Shown here one piece after another: positions 9,923-20,710 of a stretch of 64,000 nt of DNA (its first letter is position 1; each line of letters begins with the position of its first letter). A program made the translations under genes and the position numbers. The notes under the pieces are model-generated. The model was not told the DNA's origin. It did no database searches and worked only from the letters and a program-made list of their open reading frames with translations. Source of the DNA: a bacterium (GTDB taxonomy: Bacteria > JADJOY01); assembly GCA_046331705.1 (NCBI GenBank), contig JAXLQJ010000004.1:186001-250000 (forward strand), written 5' to 3'.

Positions 9923-10999
9923 GTGGCGCTCGTGACGGCAATCGATCCCTGGGGGCGGCGCGTGCTGCTGCTGCCGGGCCTCGCGGCGCTCGTCGTGGGA
10001 GTGCTGGGCGGGCTCACGCGCGTGGGATGGAACGTGCACGCGCCGGACGCGGCCGTGCTCGGCCACGGCCCGCTGATGGTGGGCGGCTTCTTCGGAACCT
10101 TGATCGCGCTCGAGCGCGCGGTGGCGCTCGGCGCGCGCTGGGCGTTCGCGGTGCCGCTGGCGAGCGGCATCGGCGTCGTGCTGACGCTCGCTGGCGCACC
10201 CGTGAGCGGCGCTCACCTCTTCACCGCGGCGGCGGTGCTGCTCACCGTGGCGAACCTCGTCATCGTCGCGCGCCAGCCGGCGCTCTTCACCGCGGTGATG
10301 GCCGCGGGCAGCGCAGCGTGGGCCGTCGGCGATCTGCGTTGGGCGCTGGGAGCGCCGATCGCGCTGGCGGTGCCGTGGTGGCTCGCGTTCTTCGTGCTGA
10401 CGATCGCGGCGGAGCGCCTCGAGCTCTCGCGACTCGCGCCCAAGCCCAAGGCCGCCACACCGCTCTTCGCGGTGCTGGCGGCGGCGACCCTGGTCGCGAC
10501 GGCCGCCGGCAGCACGCGCGCGCTGGGAATCGCGTTCCTGGCGCTCGCGGCGTGGCTCGCAGCGTGGGACGTGGCGCGCCGCACCATCCGGCTGCACGGG
10601 CTGCCGCGCTTCGCGGCGATCGCGCTCTTCGGCGGCTACGCCTGGCTCGCCGTCGCGGCGCTGGCGCTGACGGCCTGGCCCTTACCGCCCGCCGGCCCAG
10701 GCTACGACGCGGTCGTGCACGCGGTGATGGTGGGATTCGTGTTCTCGATGGTGTTCGCCCACGCGCCGATCGTGCTGCCCGCGGTCGCGCGCATCCGGCT
10801 GCCCTTTCGCCCCACTTTCTACGTGCCGCTCGTGCTCTTGCACGCGGCCGTGCTGGCACGAATCGTGGGCGATCTGGCGGGCTGGCACGAGCTTCGACGC
10901 GCCGGCGCCCTGGCGACCGCGGTGGCGCTGGCGGTCTTCGTCGCGACCGTGCTGCACGCGCGACTGACGTCCGCGAGCGCCGCGGCGCCCCGATCCTGA
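9923..10999 (+). CDS. Polytopic membrane protein, NnrS-like
   Basis: About 12 hydrophobic segments; HGPLMVGGFFGTLIALERA, ERLEL, YDAVVHAVMVGFVFSMVFAHAP with intramembrane His residues. Confidence 0.65.
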   Translation: MALVTAIDPWGRRVLLLPGLAALVVGVLGGLTRVGWNVHAPDAAVLGHGPLMVGGFFGTLIALERAVALGARWAFAVPLASGIGVVLTLAGAPVSGAHLFTAAAVLLTVANLVIVARQPALFTAVMAAGSAAWAVGDLRWALGAPIALAVPWWLAFFVLTIAAERLELSRLAPKPKAATPLFAVLAAATLVATAAGSTRALGIAFLALAAWLAAWDVARRTIRLHGLPRFAAIALFGGYAWLAVAALALTAWPLPPAGPGYDAVVHAVMVGFVFSMVFAHAPIVLPAVARIRLPFRPTFYVPLVLLHAAVLARIVGDLAGWHELRRAGALATAVALAVFVATVLHARLTSASAAAPRS

Positions 11000-11051
11000 T
11001 TCCCGGGCCGCGCCGCTTCCCTGCGGCGCCGAGCCGCAGCGTGGGCGAGCG

Positions 11052-13784
11052 TCAGCTCTTGGTCGGTCGCTTCCGCCCGCCGCTCGCGCGACGACGCGTG
11101 GGCTTCACGGCGTCCGGGGCGCGCGGGTCCTTGCCCTGATCGCGCAGCTTCTGCTCGCGCGCCTCGATGAGCTCGAGCGCCCCTTCGAGGGTGAGCGTGT
11201 CGACGCTGCGCCCCTTGGGCAGCGAGGCGTTGACGACACCATCGGTCACGTAGGGACCGAAGCGGCCGTTGCGTAGCTCGATGGCCGCGCCGCTGGTCGG
11301 GTGGACGCCGATCGCCTTGAGCATCGAGGGACGCGCCGAGATCCGGCCTCGCTTGGGCTGGGCGAGCACGGCGAGCGCTTGCTCGGTCGTGATGCCGGCG
11401 AGCTGCTGGTAACCCTCGAGGCTACGGCTCTCCTTGCCACACATGACGTACGGCCCGAAGCGGCCGAAGGCGGCGAGGATCGGCTCGCCGGTCTCGGGGT
11501 GCCTGCCGATCTCGCGCGGATACGCGAGCAGCGCGAGCGCGTCGTCGAGGGTGAGCGTGTCCTTCGATTGATGGGGCCACAGGCTCGCCGTCTTCGGCTT
11601 GGGTGGCGCCTTGGCGCCCTTGGGCCGCTTCTCGCCCTTCGCGAGCTTCACGACCTCGCCGAGCTGCACGTACGCGCCGAACGCACCGTCGCGCAGGAAG
11701 ACGGGCAACCCGCTCACGGGATCGTGACCGAGCGGCTTGTCGCCCACCGCCGAGCGCTGGATGAAGTCGAGCGCGGTGGCGACGTCGAGCTGATCGATGG
11801 GCAGGTCGTCGGGCACGCTCGCGCGTTCCTCGCTGTCGCCGATCTGCACGTACGGTCCGTAGCGGCCGACCCGCGCCACCACGTCGCGGCCGCGCACGTC
11901 CTTGCCGAGCGGGATCGAGCTGATCTCGCGAGCGTCGATCTCTTCCCAGCCGCTGCCCACCCGGCGCTTGAGGCCGAGCGCCGCGATGTCCTTGCCGTTC
12001 GGGTTGGTGTTGGCGTCGCCGAAGTAGAAGCGATGGAGCCAGGGCCGCGCTTCCTGCTCGCCATTCGCCACGGCGTCGAGATCGTCCTCCATGCGCGCCG
12101 TGAAATCGAAGTCCACCAGGTCCGCGAAGTGGCGCTCGAGGAGGTTCACCACCGCGAACGCGGTGAGCGTCGGCACCAGCGCCGAGCCCTTCTTCCACAC
12201 GTACCCGCGATCCTGGATGGTCTGGATGATCGAGGCGTAGGTGGACGGCCGTCCGATGCCGCGCACCTCGAGCTCCTTGACCAGGCTCGCTTCGGTGAAT
12301 CGCGCTGGCGGCTGGGTCTCGTGGCCCTTCGCCTCGATCGAGCGCGGCGACAGGCGATCGCCCGCCACCAGCGGCGGCAGCGCGCGATCCTCGTCCTCGA
12401 GCTCGGCCTCGGGATCGTCGGATCCCTCCACGTAGGCACGCAGGAACCCGGCGAACGTGGTGACCTTGCCCGATGCCGTGAGCACGGCCTGGCCGTGCTC
12501 ACCTGCCGGCGCCACGATCCGCGCCGAGGTGCGCAGCTGCTCGGCGTCCTTCATCTGCGACGCCACCGTGCGTTTCCACACCAGCTCGTAGAGCGCGTGC
12601 TCGTCGCGATCGAGCTCGCGGCGCAAAGCCTCCGGGGTCGCGAACGATTCCCCCGAGGGGCGGATCGCCTCGTGGGCCTCCTGCGCGCCCTTGACCTTCT
12701 TGGTGTACTGGCGCGGCTCGGGGCTCAGGTACTCGGCGCCGAAGAGCTGGCGCACCTGGGTCCGCGCCGCCTCGAGCGCTTGGCTCGACAGGTTCGTCGA
12801 GTCGGTACGCATGTAGGTGATGTAGCCGTTCTCGTAGAGACGCTGCGCCACCGACATGGTGCGCTGCGCGCTGAAGCGCAGCTTGCGGGCGGCTTCCTGC
12901 TGAAGCGTCGAGGTGATGAAGGGCGGCGCCGGGCGTTGCGTGAACGGCCGCTCGGTGACGGAGGCGACCTCGAAGCTGGCGCGCCCCAGCACCTCGGCCA
13001 CCGAGCGCGCCCGCGCCTCGTCCAGGCACACGATGCCGTCGGCGTCGGTGAGGCGCCCGGTCTCCGCGTCGAAATCCTTGCCCGAGGCGACGCGCCGCTC
13101 GCCCAGCTCGACGAGTCGCGCCAGCACGTTCGGCGTTCGACCGGCACCGGGGACGAGCTCGGCCTCGACGTCCCAGTACGACGCGGCGACGAAGCTCATT
13201 CGCTCGCGCTCGCGATCGACGATGAGCCGTGTCGCCACCGACTGCACCCGCCCTGCCGAGAGACGCGGACGGACCTTCCGCCACAGCACCGGCGAAACCT
13301 CGTAGCCGTAGAGACGATCCAGGATGCGGCGCGCTTCCTGGGCCTCGACGAGGCCGCGGTCCAGATCGCGCGGATGGGCGAGCGCGTCGCGGATCGCGCC
13401 GGCGGTGATCTCGTGGAAGACCATGCGCTTCACCGGCACCTTGGGGCGAAGCACCTCGGTGAGATGCCATGCGATCGCCTCGCCCTCGCGATCTTCGTCG
13501 GTCGCGAGGTAGAGCTCCGAGGCGTCCTTGAGCAGTCCCTGCAGCTTCTTCACCTGGGCGCGCTTGGTGGGCGGCACGATGTAGATCGGCGCGAAGTCGT
13601 GGTCGACGTTCACGCCGAGCTGCTTCCAGGACTCCTTCTGGTACTTCTCGGGGACTTCCTTGGCGGAAGACGGCAGGTCGCGAACGTGGCCGATTGACGA
13701 CTCGACCACGTACTTCGAGCCCAGAAAGCTCGCGATCTTGCGCGCCTTCGCGGGCGACTCGACGATGACGAGGGGTTTCGACAT
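11052..13784 (-). CDS. topA: DNA topoisomerase I (type IA) with zinc-free C-terminal repeats
   Basis: LVIVESPAK, LATDEDREGE, SAGRVQS, GYITYMRTDS active-site Tyr, GIGRPSTY; four GR(Y/F)GPYV-type repeats; ATG at 13784. Confidence 0.97.
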   Translation of the reverse strand: MSKPLVIVESPAKARKIASFLGSKYVVESSIGHVRDLPSSAKEVPEKYQKESWKQLGVNVDHDFAPIYIVPPTKRAQVKKLQGLLKDASELYLATDEDREGEAIAWHLTEVLRPKVPVKRMVFHEITAGAIRDALAHPRDLDRGLVEAQEARRILDRLYGYEVSPVLWRKVRPRLSAGRVQSVATRLIVDRERERMSFVAASYWDVEAELVPGAGRTPNVLARLVELGERRVASGKDFDAETGRLTDADGIVCLDEARARSVAEVLGRASFEVASVTERPFTQRPAPPFITSTLQQEAARKLRFSAQRTMSVAQRLYENGYITYMRTDSTNLSSQALEAARTQVRQLFGAEYLSPEPRQYTKKVKGAQEAHEAIRPSGESFATPEALRRELDRDEHALYELVWKRTVASQMKDAEQLRTSARIVAPAGEHGQAVLTASGKVTTFAGFLRAYVEGSDDPEAELEDEDRALPPLVAGDRLSPRSIEAKGHETQPPARFTEASLVKELEVRGIGRPSTYASIIQTIQDRGYVWKKGSALVPTLTAFAVVNLLERHFADLVDFDFTARMEDDLDAVANGEQEARPWLHRFYFGDANTNPNGKDIAALGLKRRVGSGWEEIDAREISSIPLGKDVRGRDVVARVGRYGPYVQIGDSEERASVPDDLPIDQLDVATALDFIQRSAVGDKPLGHDPVSGLPVFLRDGAFGAYVQLGEVVKLAKGEKRPKGAKAPPKPKTASLWPHQSKDTLTLDDALALLAYPREIGRHPETGEPILAAFGRFGPYVMCGKESRSLEGYQQLAGITTEQALAVLAQPKRGRISARPSMLKAIGVHPTSGAAIELRNGRFGPYVTDGVVNASLPKGRSVDTLTLEGALELIEAREQKLRDQGKDPRAPDAVKPTRRRASGGRKRPTKS

Positions 13785-14035
13785 GGGCCGCGTAGGCAAA
13801 CCGAGCGCTCGCTCCACTGTCAAGCACGATCGAGCTTCGGGCCCCTGCGGGCGGCCGCGCACAGGCGGTTCAGCCGTCGTGTCGCGCCGCGACCGAGGCG
13901 CTCGCGGAGGCCAAGCCGCCGCGCGCAGGACGTCCGATCGCGAGCGCCGGAAGCGGCCGTGCGTGCGACGGTGCCGCACGGCCCGCCGCGGCGGTCACGT
14001 CGTTGCCCGGGGCCGCGCCGAGCTGGGCGGCGTGC

Positions 14036-14581
14036 TCAGTCGAGCACGATCTCGACCAGCTCGATGCCGAGCCGCTTGGCCACCTCGAAGATCCGCTCGT
14101 CCCGATAGAACTCGGCGAAGCAGATCCGCCGCACGCCCGCGTTGGCGATCATCTTGAAGCAGTTCCAGCAAGGCGAGGCGGTGGTGTAGAAGCTCGCCCC
14201 TTCGATTCCGACGCCATTGCGCGCGGCTTGGATGATCGCGTTCGCTTCCGCGTGGATGGTCGCCACGCAATGCCCGGAATCCATCATGTGGCCGATCTCG
14301 TCGCAGTGGGGCATGCCGCGGATCGAGCCGTTGTAGCCGGTGGAGAGGATCATCCGGTCGCGCTCGATGACCGCGCCGACGTGCTTGCGATCGCAAGTGG
14401 CGCGGGTCGCGACCTCGCGCGCGATGTTCATGAAGTAGCGATCCCAGCTCGCGCGCTGGCGCGGCTTGGGGACGTCGTCACGCGACACCGTCGCGGCGAC
14501 CGCCGACGCGGCGCGCGGCCGGACCACCTTCACGGGCCGCGCTCGCGAGCGTGATGGGCGGCCCTGGTTTCGCTGCGGCAT
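14036..14581 (-). CDS. dCMP deaminase / ComEB-family zinc deaminase
   Basis: WDRYFM, RATC, STGYNG, HAEANAI, SPCWNC. Confidence 0.92.
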   Translation of the reverse strand: MPQRNQGRPSRSRARPVKVVRPRAASAVAATVSRDDVPKPRQRASWDRYFMNIAREVATRATCDRKHVGAVIERDRMILSTGYNGSIRGMPHCDEIGHMMDSGHCVATIHAEANAIIQAARNGVGIEGASFYTTASPCWNCFKMIANAGVRRICFAEFYRDERIFEVAKRLGIELVEIVLD

Positions 14582-14762
14582 GGGATTCCCCCGAGAAAGA
14601 CGTGTTCGCGCCAACCTGTCGCAACCATCGGGATCGTAGGGCGGATCGCCTCGTCGCGACAGTCCCGCCAGCGTCCGATCGAGCCCACCCCCGACCCGCG
14701 CGCGTCGCCCAGCGCGCCGCGCCGCCCCCGGCAGCCGCCGCCACGGGATCCTGGGCGAGCGT

Positions 14763-16349
14763 TCATCGCGGCAGGCCGAGCTCGACCCAGCCGCGACGCA
14801 GCACGCGATCGCTGCGCTGCGCGGGAGTCGGCGGCGGCTCGCTCGGCTCGGTGGGCTCACCGGGCTCGTTCGGGTCGTTCGCTTCGGGAGGCGGGCGGCC
14901 GTGCCAGCGGGTGGCGACGATCCGCTCGCGCAGCTCCTTCACGCGCTGGTCTTCCTTGCCGAAGGTGTCGCGCGCTTGCTGGTAGTGATAGATGGCGAGC
15001 CGGCGGTCGCGATCCAAGATGGCGGCCTCGGAGAGCTCGAGCGAGGCCTCGCCGGTCCGGCCCTGCTCGCCCAGCACCACGCCGAGCTGCTGATGCGCCT
15101 CGGCGTCCTGTGGGATGCGTTCGACCACCGCGCGATAGACCTGCTCGGCCTCGGCGCGCCTGCCCAGCGAGCGCAGCACCCGACCGTAGACGCGCCCGAT
15201 GTCGGGGTCCGCGGCCTTGAGCTTGTGGGCGCGCTCGAGCGCCACCACCGCGTCGTCGAGCCGCTGCGACGCCTCCAGGATCTCGCCGATCTCCGCCCAG
15301 CCGCGCGCGTATTCCGGCTGTTCGGTCATCACGCTGCGCATCCAGTCGTAGGCGTCGGGCAGCCGACCCAGCGCCTTGAGCGCGAGCGCCATGCCGAGGC
15401 GGTCGTAGACGGTGCGATCGTCCCGCTTGAGGCGCTCCGAGTAGTACGCCGCGGCCACGGCGGGGCCCTCCGAGAGCACCCGAGCGCGCGCCTGCACCCG
15501 GCCCAGATCGCCGGCCGCGAGCGGGATCTCGCCGCTCGTGCGCACGTGGTCCGCCATGTCCTCGACGACGCTGATGCGCGATTCCACCTGCGGGTGGGTG
15601 AGCAGATAGGGCGGCGCGAAGATCGGGCTGCGCCGCTGCTCTTCCAGCAAGCGATGGAAGAACGTCGACATCGCCCGCGGGTCGTAGCCGGCACTGGCCA
15701 GGATCTGCATCCCCTGACGATCGGCCTCGTCCTCCATCTCGCGGGTGTGCTCGAGCATGGTGGCCTGGGCGGTGGCGAGACTTCCCATCATGCCGGCCTG
15801 ACCGAGCTGGGCCGCCTGGCTGCCGCCGCTCGAGGCGATCACCGCGCTCGCGATGACACCGGCCAGCGCCGCGATGCTCGCCTTCTGCGACTTCTCGATG
15901 TTGAGCGCGATGTGGCGTCCGCGCACGTGCGCCGACTCGTGGGCGAGAACCGCCGCCAGCTCCGCGTCGCTACGCGCGGCGAGCAAGAGCCCCGTGTGCA
16001 CGAAGATGTATCCCGCCGGCCCGGCGAACGCGTTGATGCGCGGGTCGCGCACCACCGCGAACCGAAGCGGGAACGGCCCCGGTCCCGCGGCGCGCGCCAC
16101 CTCCTCGCCCACCGCCTGCACGTAGCCTTGCACCTCGGAATCCCGCACCAGCGGCAGCTGCTCCCGCACCTGCTCCAGGAACTCTTCGCCGAGCTCGCGC
16201 TCTTCCTCGATCGTGAACGTGAAGAACGTGCCGTTCGCGAGCTTCTCGAACGGGTGATCGGGGATCGCACAAGCGTTGGAGACGAGCGCGAGCGCGACCA
16301 GGACGTGAAGCCAGCGCCACGGACGTGTGGGGCGCAATCGACGCTGCAT
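14763..16349 (-). CDS. M48-family metalloprotease with TPR repeats (BepA/YfgC-like)
   Basis: Signal/lipobox-like LVSNAC; INAFAGPAG, AHESAH (HExxH), EDEAD, YLLTHP; C-terminal TPRs. Confidence 0.9.
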   Translation of the reverse strand: MQRRLRPTRPWRWLHVLVALALVSNACAIPDHPFEKLANGTFFTFTIEEERELGEEFLEQVREQLPLVRDSEVQGYVQAVGEEVARAAGPGPFPLRFAVVRDPRINAFAGPAGYIFVHTGLLLAARSDAELAAVLAHESAHVRGRHIALNIEKSQKASIAALAGVIASAVIASSGGSQAAQLGQAGMMGSLATAQATMLEHTREMEDEADRQGMQILASAGYDPRAMSTFFHRLLEEQRRSPIFAPPYLLTHPQVESRISVVEDMADHVRTSGEIPLAAGDLGRVQARARVLSEGPAVAAAYYSERLKRDDRTVYDRLGMALALKALGRLPDAYDWMRSVMTEQPEYARGWAEIGEILEASQRLDDAVVALERAHKLKAADPDIGRVYGRVLRSLGRRAEAEQVYRAVVERIPQDAEAHQQLGVVLGEQGRTGEASLELSEAAILDRDRRLAIYHYQQARDTFGKEDQRVKELRERIVATRWHGRPPPEANDPNEPGEPTEPSEPPPTPAQRSDRVLRRGWVELGLPR

Positions 16350-16531
16350 TGCGGGTGGGACTTGCGATTCGGTGCCGCGCACGGGCCGGAAGGGTCCTTC
16401 GACGAGACGCCGCGAGGCGGACGCGCGACGAACCGTGCGTCGCTGCCGCCAAGATCGCACCCACCCAGGGGACCGGCAAGGAATCGCTGCGCCTCGTGAC
16501 GCCGCGGCGGGTGTGGCACCATCGGGGCGCC

Positions 16532-18775
16532 GTGCGTCCCGAGACCATCTCGACCGACCCGCCGCCGTCCGCGTCGCCACCGCGTGGGCCACGCGCACTC
16601 GCGACGTGCGCCGGCCTCGTGCTCGCGGTGGTGGTCCTCCACGCGGGATTGCTGGTCGGGCGAGCCCACCAGCGCGGCGAGGACGACCTCGAGCTCACGA
16701 TCCCGTACAACGTGGCGTTCTGGCACGCCGTCGAGGCCGGCGAGTCGCCGTGGTGGCTGCCGTGGATCGACGCCGGCACGAGCACCTTCGCGCGCTTTCC
16801 CTACCTCGGGCCTTTCTATCCCGCGGCGCCGCTCTTCCGCGCGCTGCCGCCGGTGCGGGCCGTGGAGCTCGCCCTCTTCGCGCACGTGCTGCTCGCGGCG
16901 TTCGGGATGCGCGCCTGGCTGCGCGCCCAGGGAGTCGGCGAGCGCGGCGCCTGGCTGGGGGCGGTGGTGTACGCGGGATCGAGTGTGTGGCGGGTCGCCG
17001 ACGGCGAGGGCTACGGCACCGAGGCGCCCGTGTGGACGTGGCTTCCCTGGGCGCTGGCGGCGATCGAGAGCGCCCGCGAGGGCTCGGCGGCGCGCGCGGG
17101 TGCGCTCGGCGGTCTCGCGGCGGGGCTGGTGGCGCTCGGCGGTCACGCGACCGATCTCTACGTCGGGATCGTGCTCACGGCGGCGTACGGGTTGGCGCGC
17201 ACGCTCGCGCTGGGCGGCGAGCCGCGGGCGCGCAAGCGGCTGCTCGCGGCGGCCTCGATCGCTGGCGTGCTGGGCGCGGGGATCGGCCTCGCGTTCTGGT
17301 GGCCGGCGCTCGCGACACTCGACCCCGACATCCTCAGCGCCACGCGCGCACCCAAGCCGCCGATCGCCCATCCGCTGCTCCGGCTGGTGCTGCCATTTCG
17401 AGGCTGGGGCACCAAGGAATCCCTCTACGTCGGGATCGTGCCGCTGGCCCTGGTGCTGACGTCGCTTCGCCGCGTGCCGCGCCGGACGCTGCTGCCGGTG
17501 CTGGTTCCCGCGCTCACGGCGCTGGCGCTCTCGTTCGGGCCGACGGCACTCCCGTGGCGCGCGCTCGCGTGGCTCCCTGGGCTCTCGCGGATCGATCAGG
17601 GAAACGTGTTCGCGTGGCCATTCGCCCTGTTCGCCGCGGCGCTGGTGGGATGCGCGCTCGACGCGCGCGCCGCTCGGCTCGGCCCGCGAGCGCGGCGCGT
17701 GCTGGTCGCCGCCATCGTGCTCGAGATGATCCTCTACTCGACGCCACGCTGGACGGATCGCGCGCACCTCCGGCTTCTCACGCTCCCCTCCGCGACCACC
17801 AGCGCGCCAGCGGCGCAAGCGCGCTTCGCGTCCTTGGCGAGCGAGGGCGCGTCCTCGCCACCGCGCCGCACGTTGCCGCTCGTCGTCCGCGCTCCCGAGA
17901 GCGCCGTGCTGGATTGGCGAAACGACTCGCTGGTGCACCGCGCGTTCGAGGACGTCCGCGCCTCCGCGCATCTCGGCTCCCCCAGGCTGCGCCGCCTGCT
18001 GCGCTCGCTCGGGCCGTGGCCAGTCGATTGGGATACGTACTCGGACGATCGCGCGCGCGCATCCAGCTCCATCGATCTCGGCGCCACGAGCGTTGCCACG
18101 CGGGTGCTCGACCTCTTGAGCGTCGACACGGTCTTCACCGACGTTCGGGTCGAAGGCGACGCGTTCGCACGTTCGTCCCAACCCCGCGAGCTTGCGCCGG
18201 GCATCGCCCCATTCGACGTCTGGGTGCGGCGCGATCCGCTGCCGCGCTATCGCCTCGTCGCGCGCACCCTCGTCCTCGCCGACGACGAGGACGCTCGAGC
18301 GCGGCTCCTCGCGCCCGACTTCGACCCGCGTTCCGAGGCCGTGCTCGCGAGCGCCGCGACGGCGGCTCCGAGCGCGGTCCCGGAAGCGCTCGCCACGGGT
18401 CCGACGTCGGGGCGAGTCGTGGTCGAGCGCTATCGCCCCGGAGACATCGCCCTCGCCGTGGACGCTCGCGCCGGCGAGACGCTGGTGATCGGCGAGACCT
18501 TCCTCCCCGGCTGGCGCGCCTCGATCGAGGGCAAGGCGGTGCCGCTCGTCCGCGCCAACGACCTGCACATGGCGCTCTCCCCGCCCGTCGGCCGCCACCG
18601 CGTCGAGCTGCGCTACCAGCCACCGAGGCTGGCGAGCGGCGCGCGTGTCGCCGTGGTCGCGCTCGTCACGGCGGTGGGGTTGCTGCTCGCGCCCCGCGCG
18701 CCCCGAGGCCCACGATCCATGGCCCATGCTCGCCAACGAGGCGAAGGCCGTGACCGAATCGTGACCGAGCGCTGA
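16532..18775 (+). CDS. YfhO-family multi-pass membrane protein (GT-C glycosyltransferase-like)
   Basis: DDLELTIP, GESPWWLP, FYP, many TM segments; C-terminal ETFLPGWRA..RAN...GRHRVELRYQP; start uncertain. Confidence 0.75.
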   Translation: MRPETISTDPPPSASPPRGPRALATCAGLVLAVVVLHAGLLVGRAHQRGEDDLELTIPYNVAFWHAVEAGESPWWLPWIDAGTSTFARFPYLGPFYPAAPLFRALPPVRAVELALFAHVLLAAFGMRAWLRAQGVGERGAWLGAVVYAGSSVWRVADGEGYGTEAPVWTWLPWALAAIESAREGSAARAGALGGLAAGLVALGGHATDLYVGIVLTAAYGLARTLALGGEPRARKRLLAAASIAGVLGAGIGLAFWWPALATLDPDILSATRAPKPPIAHPLLRLVLPFRGWGTKESLYVGIVPLALVLTSLRRVPRRTLLPVLVPALTALALSFGPTALPWRALAWLPGLSRIDQGNVFAWPFALFAAALVGCALDARAARLGPRARRVLVAAIVLEMILYSTPRWTDRAHLRLLTLPSATTSAPAAQARFASLASEGASSPPRRTLPLVVRAPESAVLDWRNDSLVHRAFEDVRASAHLGSPRLRRLLRSLGPWPVDWDTYSDDRARASSSIDLGATSVATRVLDLLSVDTVFTDVRVEGDAFARSSQPRELAPGIAPFDVWVRRDPLPRYRLVARTLVLADDEDARARLLAPDFDPRSEAVLASAATAAPSAVPEALATGPTSGRVVVERYRPGDIALAVDARAGETLVIGETFLPGWRASIEGKAVPLVRANDLHMALSPPVGRHRVELRYQPPRLASGARVAVVALVTAVGLLLAPRAPRGPRSMAHARQRGEGRDRIVTER

Positions 18776-18862
18776 GCGTCTCTTCACCGCCGCTCACTCG
18801 CCCTCGTCCATGCTCGGATCCGACGCGAGGCTCGATTCCCGACCTCGATCTCGAGGGCGCTC

Positions 18863-20710
18863 ATGATCCGCTCATGCCATCGATCCGTGCTCGCTCGGCT
18901 CGTGCTGGGAATCACGCTCTTCCTCGGCGGGTGCGCCCACGAGCTCGATCCCATCGGCCAGCGCATCGACGAGCTGAGTCGGCGGACCGCGGCGATGGCG
19001 CACCAGGCGGACCGTGCAGCGGACGACGCGGCGCGCGCCGCCGCCGCTGCCGATCGCGCCGCCACCGAGGCGAACGCGGCGGCGGTCGAGGCCGAGGATG
19101 CGCGCTCGCTCGCCACGCGCGCGAACGTCCCATGGCCGCGCGCGGCGGAACGCCGCGCCGAGCGCGGCCCCGAGGCCCGCGCCGATGCGGAGCCGCGCCG
19201 CGGCGCGGGCCTCGCGCGAGCCAGCGGCGCCGCGCGGCCGCTCGCGATCGGCGACGTCCGCGTCGTCGACGACGAGCGCTTCCCCGACGCGACGTTTCGT
19301 CACTACGGCGTCAATCCCACGATCGATACCGCCGAGCAGCGGGTGTCCACCTTCTCGGTCGACGTGGACACCGCGTCCTACTCGCTCGCGCGCTCGTACC
19401 TCGAGCGTGGCGAGCTGCCGCCGGAAGAGGCGGTGCGCGTCGAGGAGTTCGTGAACTCCTTCGACTACGGCTACGGCGCCGCCGCCGAGGCGCCGTTCAC
19501 CGTCCACGCCGAAGCCGCGCCCTCGCCCACCCGCCCCGGCTACGAGCTCCTGCTCGTGGGCCTGAAGGCGCGCGACGTGCCGGAAGCCGAGCGCAAGCCC
19601 GCGCGCTTGGTGTTCGTGATCGACGTCTCGGGCTCGATGGACATCGAGAATCGCCTCGGCGCCGTGAAGCGCGCGCTCGGCTTCCTCGTCGATCGCTTGC
19701 ACGACGACGACACGGTGGGGATCGTCGTCTACGGCAGCCGGGCGCGCGTCCTCCTGGAACCGACCTCGGCGGGCGATCGACGCGAGATCCTGGGCGCCAT
19801 CGAAGCGCTCCGGGCCGAGGGCGCGACCAACGTCCAGCAAGGCCTCGAGCTCGGCTACGCCATGGCCGAGCGTCGCTTCCAGGCCGGTGCGATCAACCGC
19901 GTGGTGCTGTGCTCGGACGGGGTCGCGAACAATGGGCTCGCCACCACCGCGGAGGGGATCTTCGAACGGGTGCGCGCGCGCGCCGCCCGCGGGATCACGC
20001 TCTCGACCGTCGGCTTCGGGATGGGCAACTACGACGACGTGCTCATGGAGCGGCTGGCCCAGCTCGGCGACGGCAACTACGCCTACGTCGACGACGACAC
20101 CGAGGCGCGTCGCATCTTCCAGCGCGAGCTCACCGGCCTGCTGCAAGTGGTGGCGAAAGACGTGAAGGTGCAGGTCGAGCTCGACCCGCAGGTGGTCTCG
20201 CGCTACCGCCTGATCGGCTACGAGAATCGCCACCTGGAGGCCGCGGACTTCGCCAACGACCGCGTGGACGCGGGCGAGGTCGGCGCCGGGCACGCGGTGA
20301 CGGCGCTCTACGAGCTCAAGCTGGTGGATCCGCGCCCACGGACGCTGGGTACGATCCGGGTGCGGCACCAGCCCGTCGAGGGCGGCGCCTCGATGCTGAT
20401 CGAGAAGACGATCGACGGCAGCGTGCTGCGCGCGCGGTTCGGCGAGGCGTCCTCGCCAGCGCGCCTCGCGGCGGTGGTTGCCGCGTTCGCGGAGAAGCTG
20501 CGCGGGTCGTACTGGGCGCGCACGGTCACCTACGCCGATCTGCTCGCCCGCCTGGAAGCGCTCGATCCCGAGCTCACGCGCCGCGCCGACGTGACCGAGC
20601 TGCGCCGCTTGCTCATCCTCGCGCGCGGCCTCGATCGTCGCGACGACCCGTTCGAGGGCGACTCGCCGGTGTCGCGAATGAGCTTCGACGAGGTCCCGAT
20701 CCTGCGATGA
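18863..20710 (+). CDS. VWA-domain lipoprotein (YfbK-like, DUF3520 C-terminus)
   Basis: Lipobox LGGC; STFSVDVDTASY, VRVEEFVNSF, MIDAS DVSGSM, YRLIGYENR, DAGEVGAGHAVTALYE. Confidence 0.92.
   Translation: MIRSCHRSVLARLVLGITLFLGGCAHELDPIGQRIDELSRRTAAMAHQADRAADDAARAAAAADRAATEANAAAVEAEDARSLATRANVPWPRAAERRAERGPEARADAEPRRGAGLARASGAARPLAIGDVRVVDDERFPDATFRHYGVNPTIDTAEQRVSTFSVDVDTASYSLARSYLERGELPPEEAVRVEEFVNSFDYGYGAAAEAPFTVHAEAAPSPTRPGYELLLVGLKARDVPEAERKPARLVFVIDVSGSMDIENRLGAVKRALGFLVDRLHDDDTVGIVVYGSRARVLLEPTSAGDRREILGAIEALRAEGATNVQQGLELGYAMAERRFQAGAINRVVLCSDGVANNGLATTAEGIFERVRARAARGITLSTVGFGMGNYDDVLMERLAQLGDGNYAYVDDDTEARRIFQRELTGLLQVVAKDVKVQVELDPQVVSRYRLIGYENRHLEAADFANDRVDAGEVGAGHAVTALYELKLVDPRPRTLGTIRVRHQPVEGGASMLIEKTIDGSVLRARFGEASSPARLAAVVAAFAEKLRGSYWARTVTYADLLARLEALDPELTRRADVTELRRLLILARGLDRRDDPFEGDSPVSRMSFDEVPILR

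Noticed and set aside
13790-13823. topA promoter with perfect TTGACA
   Set aside because: No TAnnnT -10 at 16-18 nt spacing, so not called as a feature
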